A DNA stretch of 64,000 bases. Origin: Sphyrna mokarran (taxonomy: Eukaryota). The stretch spans positions 79,360,001 through 79,424,000 of the forward strand of contig JAGIQG010000002.1 of assembly GCA_024679065.1 (NCBI GenBank). Direction: 5' to 3'. A model generated the notes under the pieces. The model searched no databases and had not been told where the DNA came from. It worked only from the letters and a program-made list of their open reading frames with translations. How positions within the stretch are numbered: position 1 is the stretch's first letter; every line of letters begins with the position of its first letter. Of this stretch, positions 37,055-47,090 are shown in pieces. Position numbers and translations under genes: made by a program.

Positions 37055-37360
37055 ACACTGTTAGAGGTGTTGCTTTTCAAGACTCTTTTTGCTTGCTGAG
37101 GAGGATGTAAAAGCTCCAATGGAACTATTTTGAAGAGGAGCTGGGGCATTCCTCTGGTGTCCAGGCTAATGTTTATTCCTCAATCAACACCACATTAAGA
37201 AATGGACTATCACATCTCAGTTTGTGGGAGTTTGCTGTGCACATGTTGGCTGCTGCACATTTGCTACAACAGTGACCACACTTCAAAAGTATTTCAGTAG
37301 CTGTAGGGTGCTTTAAGACATCTGATGGTCATGAAAAATGCTAAATAAATGCAAGTTTGT
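37055..37360 (+). mobile_element. Deu-domain SINE (SacSINE1/AmnSINE-like) body and tail
   Basis: gatgtaaaagctccaatggaactattttgaagaggagc..ctacaacagtgaccacacttcaaaagta..taaatgcaagttt resembles the Deu domain as I recall it. Confidence 0.7.
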
Positions 37361-37399
37361 GAAGCACAAGCACATGTTGATGATTCATTTGATGTACAT

Positions 37400-38150
37400 T
37401 TAGTAATTGTATAACATTCATTGTATTTCCCCTGGACCTCACTTCTCGAATTTCTGGGAGGAGTCAGTGGGTATATCCCTGCCACTGAGTAACCAGTAAT
37501 TCTGCTTCAAGATGTGAAGTGGTCAAGGAAGGTGGAATGTCACAGGGTGGAATGTCACAGGATGGAATATCACAGGATGAAAATATGGCAGTTGCCCAGT
37601 AATCTTGTGCACACCTGCATTCAACATCTTTTTGTGGTAGCAGGTCAGTTTCACATTGATGAAGTCACAGTCATTAGAATTGACAAACGCTCCTGAGTAA
37701 TCTGATGTCTCAATTGCCACATGACTGCAGCCCATAATGTCTGGTACCTGTAGAAAGCCAGTTGGGAATGCAAAACCGATTCTGACTGGCATTATGGCAA
37801 GGATGTTGACAAAATTGACAATTCTGGCAAATAAGCCATCAGTCACTCGTGATCAGAGTTAGCATTATGCACTTGTGGACAGCTGACTGAGTTATCCTAC
37901 AAAGTAGAGACAAAGACATTGAGTATAGTTGTGACTTTGACAGCGACTGGTGAAGCATTGGCCATCAGATCCACTTGGCGATGAGTCCTATTTCAATAGG
38001 TTACAAATGTCTGCCATCATCTAACACAACAGCCTGAACCTTCTGAGACACTGGTTATCCAACATGCTGAGAAAGTTTATCCACTGCCTGTGGATCTTGC
38101 ATGGTGGGTATGGTCTCCTGCAAGGAAGCACCTTTCTATTGATCCCTCCA
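37400..38150 (-). mobile_element. Decayed PIF/Harbinger (HARBI1-like) transposase
   Basis: ORF 38021 RRPYPPCKIHRQWINFLSMLDNQCLRRFRL. ORF 37523 TDGLFAR..GFLQVPDIMGCSHVAI..AFVNSNDCDFINVKLTCYH corresponds to the family motifs GFPxVxGAIDCTHVxI and NRKGxHSxNVQxxCD, with the catalytic Asp lost. Confidence 0.75.
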
Positions 38151-38699
38151 AGCCATCCAGTGGAGGCAGATCTGCAACAGCCTATTAGTGCCACAGGTCC
38201 TCCTGTTTGCAGGTCACCTTCAACCTGATCTGAGTTCCCAAGTAACAGCATAAACGACATCCATACTGATCTGACAGGAAAGTGTAGATGCCACTCTCAA
38301 AGTGTATAAAATAACCTTTCAGCGCAAGTATGAAAGGCTTTGTTTGTAGTACAAGTAAGAAAACAACTTTGAGGTCTAAGTTTATTGGCATTTTTCCTCA
38401 ATGTCTTCAGTCCCTTCGATTGACTCCTTTTGCTCTCTTTACTCTCAAGGCAAATTCCAGTAATGGGCTTTCTTCGATAGACACCCATGGAGCTAAAGTT
38501 AAACTACAAAACTCAGATCAATGTGTCTGAAATTGACCTATAACACACTGAAATTGATAGCTGGCCTCTATCGAGCATCTTTGCTCACTGGCAGCTGAAC
38601 ACACAAATTGGTGGGTTGGACCCAGCTTCCCAATGTGTTCACATTTTAGAGGATTTCACGCCACCAAATCCATGCCTATACCCATATTAAAATTCCAGG

Positions 38700-38970
38700 A
38701 GTGGCATGTTGGCACAGTGGTTCGCACTGTTGCCTCAGTGCGAGGGATCCCGGTTCAATTCCCAGCTTGGGTTACTGTCTGTGCATTCTCCCCACATCTG
38801 CTCTGGTTTCCTCCCATAGTCCAAAAGACGTGCTGATTAAGTGCATTGGCCATGCTAAATTCTTCCCCCAGTGGATGCAAACAGGTGCCAGAATGTGGCA
38901 ACTAGTGGGTTTTACAGTAACTTCATTGCAATATTAATGTAAGCCTACTTGTGACCAATAAATAAAGTTT
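38700..38970 (+). mobile_element. V-SINE with alternative 3' tail
   Basis: HE1-like head and core, but the tail is ttttacagtaacttcattgcaatattaatgtaagcctacttgtgaccaataaataaa. Confidence 0.8.
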
Positions 38971-39559
38971 ATTTTGCTGTGTTAAAACTAACTTATAAAG
39001 ATTGACCACTACTGGCTGTGAGACAGTGCTGCAGCTGTGGCAGTAAACCTCCAGCAGGGGATGCTGTTTCTCTGCTTTCCTTCTTTGCCAGCACAGTATA
39101 AATGGAAAAGACCATTTTCCTTCTTGTGCAAGTGCATTGAAATAGTGCTCAAAATAAATGAAACAGCACTAACTCACATCCAGATATAATTCAAACTTTT
39201 TCTCAAATTCCAGGCACTTCTTAAAATGAAAAGTCAATCTGAAAACCTGTTTGTGCAATGTGGCTGGACTTACTGTGGCAGCAGATAGAAACTGCATATT
39301 GTAAATGTACAACTCCAGCCCAGCACCAGAATTCCTTCTACTGCTACATTTACAAGATTCATACACGAGCACTGATCAATCATTCCCCAACCTAACAGCC
39401 AGTCTACACTCTCCATCTCACAGTCCCTTGAACAACATCAATAAAGCCAACAGCAAAGTTTTTCACTCAACAATTTTATCTTGCAACACATACATAGCAC
39501 CAAAAGAATCAGAACTAATTGCCCTTGTGCAAACATTTAGTTCCTGCCTTGCAAGTGCC

Positions 39560-40470
39560 TTTGCCTTTCCTAGTGCCCCTGGATACTGCTATCAGCTTTC
39601 AGATGCAACTTGGCTGTTGTAAGGCTGCTGACTGTCACTGGAAGGGAGTGGGGGAGGGTGGTGACTTTACAGGATGTCCTTGTGCTATTCTGGACCTCAA
39701 AGGACTAGTTTCCAACAGCACCACTTTGGCACATGTTGCAGTAATTGGGGCTGGCTGGCGAGATGCAGCAGCAAGGGCACTGGTAGAACAGCAGTGAGGA
39801 GAGCATGAATGCTCTCACCCTGAGAGAGGACAGCAGATTTGTTCTCCATTGTGCCATTGCCCCTCCTGCAAAATGATAACTCAGTAATCTGCTGTAAGAG
39901 CCTGTTTGTTTCTCTGAGCGCTGAGATATGCATTCATACTGGCACCAGTCTGGGCTGCAGGGCTTAAGTGGGAATCACATGACCTCTGTCTGAGCTTCCA
40001 CTGCAGAATTGAGACATCAAGAAGTCTCCCCTTGTGCTGTAATGGGGGATGCAACAGTGACCTATAGATGCTCTACCTTGGGTTGGATGGAGACGGACTG
40101 GGGAAAGGGGGAATGGTGTTGTCATGCTGTTAATGCCTATAGTTGAAAGGGTGGATTCCAAGTTGTGTGTGCTGCCTTATATCAAATTTGAGCTGGCTCC
40201 TCCATTCGCCTCAGTGTCAAGATGGTGTCTTGGCAGGTCTGCTAATCCTGAGCACCAACTCCTTAGAGGTGCTATGGAGACACAGGCATTTTGATCCACT
40301 GATGGTGTGCTGGGTCTCTCTCCAGTTGTGGGCTACCTTCTCCTGTAAGAGAGAGAGGACAGAATGCCAGGGAGCACAGTGCTTGTGTGATGTATCTGCC
40401 TTATTTGAATAGCTGCAGGTTTTTAGAGGCATGAAGAGGTGTGTATGGCTGGCATGATTGGAAGATATGT
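39560..40470 (-). mobile_element. Decayed Harbinger Myb-like accessory gene, distal part
   Basis: ctctcttacag|GAGAAGGTAGCCCACAACTGGAGAGAG (EKVAHNWRE), homologous to 3360 and 51730. Confidence 0.5.
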
Positions 40471-40499
40471 GAGGTAAGTTAGGGGCTGAATACTAAGTA

Positions 40500-40960
40500 C
40501 CATCATCAGCAACATTATGATGAGTGAGATACTATTGATGAAGCAGCTAAAAACTGGATCTAGGGCACTGCTCTAATAAACTTGTGTTGTGTCTTAGGAT
40601 TGAGATGATTAACCTCCAACAACTTTAACCATGTGCTATGTATGATTCATCCAACGGCAAGCCTTCCCCAATTCCCTTTGGCTCCATTTTTGCTCGGACA
40701 AATGCTACCTTAGTGTTCAGGGCAGTCATCTCACTTCATCTCTTGGGTCCAGCTCTTATGTCCATGTTTGGACCATAGCTGTAATAAGGTCAGGAGCAGA
40801 GTGGCCTGGAGAAACCCAAACTGAGCATTAGTCAGCCAGCTACTTCTGTGTAAGAGCCATCTGTTAGAAAAGTCAATGATTCTCTATCACTATGTTGATG
40901 AGGTGGGAAATGGCAAGGTCAGATTTATCTTGCATTTATTGTCCACAACCAATTTCCACC
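40500..40960 (-). mobile_element. Old LINE RT fragment (family of 7881-10310)
   Basis: Similar to 36125-36410. The reverse complement aligns with 9480-10090. Confidence 0.6.
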
Positions 40961-42715
40961 CCATTGGCTAACAACAAATATGCATGAACTCTGGGTGAGT
41001 GGAAACTGTGCAAGCTAAAAGAGCGAATCAAATTCATGCACCTTCAATTTACCCTACAGTTCTAAGTGATCCATAATATTCTCATCCATTTTCCTAACCC
41101 AACCTCGTCACCAAGGTATTGGCTTTGCATAACTACTGACTTGTTATTCACAAAGCAAGCTCTATATTGTTATAAATGATACTATCAGTGCCTGGTCTTT
41201 ATTCACCTGGTAGAAACTTGGTTATCCTGCTCCTGTTTCAGAAAATACACTACAAAAGTATTGAATTGTTGAATGGAATTGTCTTCACTGAAAAAATCTA
41301 TACTCTTGGAGACTAAAGGATCATTGATGACTATACTTCCACCAGATCTGATGGTGTAAAGCACGAAGTTTTCATTCCAAGATGCCCAGATTATTTCCAT
41401 AAACTCCCTGCTGGCATTACTAAGTACTGCTCATAATTTATTTATTTTAGAGAATAACCAAATCAGTCGTAACACGGGCAACAAACAAGAAACAATACTT
41501 ACAACACAGGGTATGAATAAAAGATGCAGTGGCGGGGGAGGGGGGGATTCAAGACATTGAAAAGGAAGAATCAGCATGGATCATTATTCTAGCAAGTAAC
41601 CAAATCAAACGCTAGTTTAAAAAAAAACTACTGTAGATGATGGAGTGTAAATCAACCTTTGAAGCCTTGAAAAATCCCTCCAAAAATGGTGGTCCACTTT
41701 TTAAAGTCTGCCACAAGTGGACAGCCAGCATGGGTGTGTGGGCAAGTCAGCATTTTTAAATATCTTGGTATCTGATACAAACACTGGGCTTGTCCTGTCC
41801 TCTTGTGCATCTTTACAACACAGCCCATTTCACTTACTTGATACTATGTGCCCAGTTATAAGTTCTGTTAATAAAACATGCATTTGTGGAGGTGCAAAAT
41901 GGAAATTGTCGTCATTATGAATATAATGTGTTGGGACTGAAAAGGGGGATTTAACTTAATGTTGAATATATCAAAAACATATCTTTGGGGTTGGAAAAAT
42001 TGGATTGTCATTTACACCTTATCAATGTATACTTAGGTTTTATGCTAAACTTGGCATTGTTCCTATCTGTACAGTATTACATGCAATGGGATGAATATTG
42101 CATTTTCAAACACGAAAATACAATCTCCAAATCCTAATAGGATAGATTTATCACATCTTTATCTTGTCCAAGCCAAATAGAGAGAATTCATTCCTTTTGC
42201 ACTTACTGAGTAACAAGTATTTCTATTCTTGAGAAGTACAACATGAATGACCAATCGTTGTGGCTTCCATTTCATGATACATGAAAGGTCATATAATCGA
42301 GAACAGCCCTTCAGCTTTTGCTTTTATTTCAGTGGTGCTCATCAAACAATAACCCCTTATGACTTAAAACATAAGGAAAATGTGAGGTGATTTCAGGCTA
42401 TTACCAGCCAAAATGGGGTCTGTTTGAACTCAGCAATTTCACTTTTCTCCCACCAGCAGTAATAGGATCTGTCAGAAATAAGAGCAAGATTTCCGCATCT
42501 GGGTCCCACCCATCCATTTTAAAAGGACTACCGACTTCCTGGCAGCAAAATCCAACACTTCTCTTGCCAGCTGCACTTTCAGAGTAAAATAGCTCGTGCG
42601 GCCAGTTATTTTCAACAACTATATTTAGTTTTTCATGTGTACAAGCGCAGCTATAAACAGTGAGAATATCATTTTGTATTACTTTATAGGCTATACTTTG
42701 CAAAGATTGATACTA

Positions 42716-42990
42716 GAGCAGCACAGTGGTTAGCACTGCTGCCGCACAGCCTCTGGGACCAGGGTTCAATTCCCGGCTTGGGTCAATGTCTGTGTGGAGT
42801 CTGCCCATTCTCCCCGTGTCTGTGTGGGTTGCCTCCAGGTGCTCCAGTTTCCTCCCACAGTTCAAAGATGTGAGGGTTAGGTTGATTGGCCATGTTAAAT
42901 TTACCATAATTTTGGAGGTGTGGGTGGAGGTGGGAGATAGCAGGATGAATATATGGCGTTAAAGGTAGATGGATTGTTTCAGTGCAGTGG
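42716..42990 (+). mobile_element. HE1-type V-SINE
   Basis: gcacagtggttagcactgctgccgcacagc..gggttcaattcccggcttgggtc (A and B boxes) plus the V core. Confidence 0.85.
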
Positions 42991-44021
42991 ATCCATAGTC
43001 ATTGACAAATGATTACCTTCAGGAAGGAAGGACATAGAAGATAATCATCACTATGTTGTCGAATGAAGAAAGACCCATTGCCTTTGTGCCTTGAACATTG
43101 AGCAAAGCTGAAAGTTGCAGCAGTATGGTGGCACAATGGCTTCTCAAGTCTGCATCCTATCATCCCATTATGAATAGACTAGCAAAACATTTGCCCGAAC
43201 CATGAAACGCACATTGAGAACAACGAGGGAACAAGGTTCACTGATCAAATGGCTTAACCAATCCCTACTAATATCTAGAAATACTGTTCTTTTAACAGCC
43301 AAAATCTCACCTGCATTATTAACGATGAAGAGACAACTATGTTCCACATTCAATTTATTGAAACTTCTGAAAATGAATGAAATCGTTCAACAGAAACAAC
43401 AAAGACAAACAACAATGGCAGGAAATTAAAAGAAAATATTATGACTTCCACCAAGGTAAAAAGAGAGTGTTGGCCAGGAAAAAAATTCTGTCATGGTCTT
43501 TGCACTGACTGGAACTGATCATTTACCATCCAAAGCAGAGCTACTGCTATGTGGAGAAGGCATGCAGACCAACTGTTGGTGGAGAGAACTAATCTGCTGG
43601 AGATAGAAGCTGCTGACAATTCAGAATCAACTGAACCATCTTGAAATCCTGATACCCACACACTGTTGAGGAAATCAAAACCTTAGTTTCAGACCAAGCA
43701 CATAGTGAACCTCTAGTTACAACGCTGACGCCAGTATAATCAACAACACCCTTGACTATAACAGTGTGGATACAATCAATCAGCATGTCCTGGAAAAAAC
43801 TGTATTTTGTCGCTGAGCTGAATGATCTGACCAACGATAAAACCACTGATGATTTCCATGAAAACAATGAGATCAAATATTTGTTAGTATTCATCCATAT
43901 CTGAAAACACCAGAGGTTACAACTTGTGCAAAGAGAATGATACCAGAGGATCACCCTGAACCACTCCAAGAGTGATAACCTACAGACCACCTCACTTACT
44001 GATTATTATTATTAATGCTGT

Positions 44022-44452
44022 AGGGTGACACAATAGCATGGTGTTTAGCACTAATGCTTCATAGTGCCAGGGACCCGAGTTCGATTCCTAATTTGGGTCA
44101 CTGTCTGTGTGGCATTTGCACATTCTCCTTGTGCCTGCATGGGTTTCCTCCAGGTGCTCCGGTTTCCTCCCACATTCTGAAAGACATGCTGGTTAGGTTC
44201 ATTGACCTGAACAGGTACCGGACTGTAGCAACTAGGAGAATTTCACTGTGGAACAGCACAGTGGCTAACACTGCTGCCTCCAGGAAACCACGTTTAATTC
44301 TGGCCTCCATCACTGTCTGTGTAGAATTTGCATGTTCTCCCAGTGCCTGCGTGGGTTTTTTCCAGATGCTCCAGATTAGCAGGGTAGAAGTATGGGGTTA
44401 CAGGGATAGGGCCTGGGGTGGCATTATGATCAATGCAGACTCGATGGACTCA
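44022..44452 (+). mobile_element. Two tandem V-SINE copies (44022-44250 alternative tail; 44250-44452 CR1-type tail)
   Basis: Two heads (gagttcgattcc at 44077, cacagtggctaacactgctgcc at 44257), each followed by core sequence. Confidence 0.75.
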
Positions 44453-44651
44453 CTCTATCAATAAAATATACCTCCATATACAACAATAATCAGGGTAAAA
44501 AGCATATTTCTAAATATACTTGCTCTTGTATATTTGAAAACAAAAACTAGAAAGTTTTAATTTTGTGCTGGCAAACAGATCAAGTTTATTCTAAGCAGTT
44601 AAGGTGCTAATCATTGTAAAATAATCTATCCACAGACATTCCCTCATTTTT

Positions 44652-44940
44652 AAGTTTATTTATCATCACAAGTTGGATTACATTAACAATGCAATGAAGT
44701 TACTGTGAAAATTCTCCAGTCACCACACTCACGTGCCTGTTCAGATACACTGAAGGTAAATTTGGCATAGCCAATCCACCTAACCAGCATATCTTTCAGA
44801 TTAAAGGAGGAAACCAGAGTATCTGGAGGAAACCCATGCAGACACAGGAAGAACATGTAGACTCTGCGCAGTGTCCCAGGCCAGGAATCGAAATTGGGGC
44901 CCTGGTGCTGTGTGGCAATGGTGCTAACCACCATGCCACT
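44652..44940 (-). mobile_element. V-SINE with alternative 3' tail, about 175 nt downstream of the 45115 donor
   Basis: The reverse complement matches 38700-38970. Confidence 0.8.
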
Positions 44941-45114
44941 CACATGGCATCTCTCAATTGATTACCGTCACTTTAGTAGATGATCAGCAGCAAGTCCACT
45001 TACACATCTAGTCCCATTTTTGCTGAAATGCTGTGAAGACAATTCCATGCTTATAACTTTATAACTCCAAGAGCTTTATGTAGATGAAGTTGATAATATA
45101 CAAAGCATACATAC

Positions 45115-45285
45115 ATTCTAGCTTATCCTCCGGTCGTCCTCCTTCCAGTAGCGACAGGTAGCAAACAATATCCTTCAACTGAACCACATCTGACTCATTG
45201 GTGTTGGCACGAGAAGATTTTAGAGGAGGAGACGGGACTCCTGTACTCGTCTGCAGCTCATTCTTTGTTTCAGAGTTCTTGAGGC
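45115..45285 (-). CDS. DGKB: Type I diacylglycerol kinase (DGKB-like) internal exon, 171 nt, linker plus end of recoverin-homology region
   Basis: Minus strand catgtttag|GCCTCAAG...GATAAGCTAGAAT|gtatgt, phase 1-1 and open. Translates (G)[56 protein letters not shown](F). [21 protein letters not shown] is a type I DGK signature. Not in the ORF track. Beta versus gamma is uncertain. Confidence 0.92.
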
Positions 45286-45456
45286 CTAAACATGAAACAT
45301 AGATTTTGAGAAAAATTTCAGCAGATGCAAGTTTTTCTTCGCTGATTCAATGAGGATAAAGTCCTTTTGTGGTTTTAAGTGCCGACAGGTTTTCTTTTCA
45401 AGGTAGCAGTAGCAAAAATAATGCACATTTTAAATGTTTGATTATTATAAAATTGA

Positions 45457-45680
45457 GGAGATGGTACAATAGTGATAATATCATTGTATGAGCCATCTAG
45501 AGATCCAAGGTAATGCTTTGTGAGTTCACATCCCACCATAGCAGATGGTGGAATTTGAATTCAGTAAAAAAAAACTGAAATTAAAAGTTGTTGTCATAAA
45601 AACTCATTTGGTTCACTAATATCCTTTAGGGAAGAAGAGCTGGCACACTTACTTGGTCTGGCCTACACGTGACTCCAAAC
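45457..45680 (+). mobile_element. tRNA-headed SINE fragment
   Basis: gagttcacatcccaccatagcagatggtggaatttgaattc..ggttcactaatatcctttagggaag matches 7950-8120. Confidence 0.7.
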
Positions 45681-45759
45681 TCTTTTAGTCTCTACAGAAT
45701 GCAATCTATTACTTCTGACCCCACTTGCCTTCATTTTTCAAATGATCATCAACATTAAG

Positions 45760-46560
45760 ATACAAGATTAGGCCAATCAATCCCTTAAGCCTGCTCTTTC
45801 ATTCATTAATATCACACTTAACCTTCTACCTGATCAAACTTCCCACACTCTCCTTGGATTCTCTTAGTGACCAAAAATCTCGACCTCTGACTTGATTCTC
45901 ATTATGTGGAGATGCTGGCATTGGATTGGGGTGGGCACGTAAGAAGTCTCTCAACACAAAGTTAAAGCCCAACGGGTTCATTTGAAATTATGAGCTTTCA
46001 GAGTGCCGCTTCTTCATCGGGTGAGTGGCCATTCACTTGATGAAAGAACAGTGCTCCGAAAGCTTGTGATTCCAAATAAGCCTGTTTGTTACTGAAACAG
46101 GTGCCGGCGTGTGGCAACAAAGGGATTTTCACAGTAACTTCATTGCAGTTTTAACGCAAGGCTAATGTGACACTAAAATCAAAAAAACTTCAACCTGTTG
46201 TTGTGAGAATTGATTCTTATTGATATTGTACTCACACGTCTCTGGGTTCAGAATTCCAAAGGTACCCTTTGAGTGAAAAAAGTTCCCTTTATCAGAGTCC
46301 TAACTGGCTGAGGACTGTAGGATTATGCATAATATTCTGAGGCCATGATGCCTGATTCTAGAGAGCGCAGCCAGGGAAAACAACACCCCAGCAACAACAA
46401 TGTTGAGCCCAGTAACAACTTTGCACAACACTTCATCTCACTTCTTAAACTTAAGGGAATTTAGATCTAATTTGCTTAATATTTCCTCACAGTACAATTT
46501 CTTCATCCAGGAATTAAGTCTGGTGAACTTTTGTTACATTTCATCCAAGGCACCCACCTT
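45760..46560 (-). mobile_element. Old CR1 3' fragment interrupted by 45904-46209
   Basis: agaattccaaagg..ctttgagtgaaaaaagttcc and gtctggtgaacttttg resemble 31855-31900 and 32120-32155. Confidence 0.65.
45904..46209. repeat. Palindromic Penelope-like unit with a SINE-tail insertion (about 46089-46188) in the right arm
   Basis: Homologous to 6773-7032. Flanked by ttgattctcatt / ttgattcttatt (45892-45903, 46210-46221). Confidence 0.78.
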
Positions 46561-46819
46561 CAATTTCAAGTCAAAACCACATTTCAGCAGTTCAATTTCA
46601 GGAGCTGCTCACCAGTGTTCAATTATGTTTATTTTGCATATTCACTGGTTGGACAAGTTGAACTCTTGAACTTCTGATATTTCAAACTGAATAAAATATT
46701 TCTAAAATATCAGTGCAATTTCCACAAAGTTGTAACTTTTTGGTGCAAAATATGCAATTCACGTTCAAAGCTAGTCGAGTGTCGAGTTGTCAAAGATCCA
46801 TCCACAATGTGTTGTGACT

Positions 46820-47090
46820 CCCATCTTTTTATTGAACAATTTTATCTGGAAGTTACCTCAAATCTGCATCCCAACAACAACTGATAACCTATCATTCTTT
46901 GCTTACCATGTTTCTATCCACTTCTGCTATAAAAATATTCTAAAATGCTGCTTTCATCACCTTTTCGGGAACAGAGTTCCAAAGACTTACGACCCTCCTG
47001 AGTGAAACCATTTTGCCCCATCTCCATTTTAAATGGGCAACTCATTACTTTTAAACAGCAACCTCTAGTTCTAGATTTTCCCACAAGAAC
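46820..47090 (-). mobile_element. Old CR1 3' fragment
   Basis: LVGKSRTRGCCLKV..PFKMEM in ORF 46914. Confidence 0.7.

Noticed and set aside
37531-37586. CRISPR-like or functional array
   Set aside because: It is a spacerless 15-bp tandem repeat inside a dead transposase in vertebrate DNA. I saw no repeat-spacer array anywhere in the window.
42716-42790. tRNA gene (A/B boxes)
   Set aside because: It is the tRNA-derived head of a SINE, followed by the V core. The same applies to the other SINE heads.
43420-43990. Possible additional decayed retroelements here and at 52130-52700
   Set aside because: The composition looks like decayed coding sequence, but I could not recognise diagnostic motifs.
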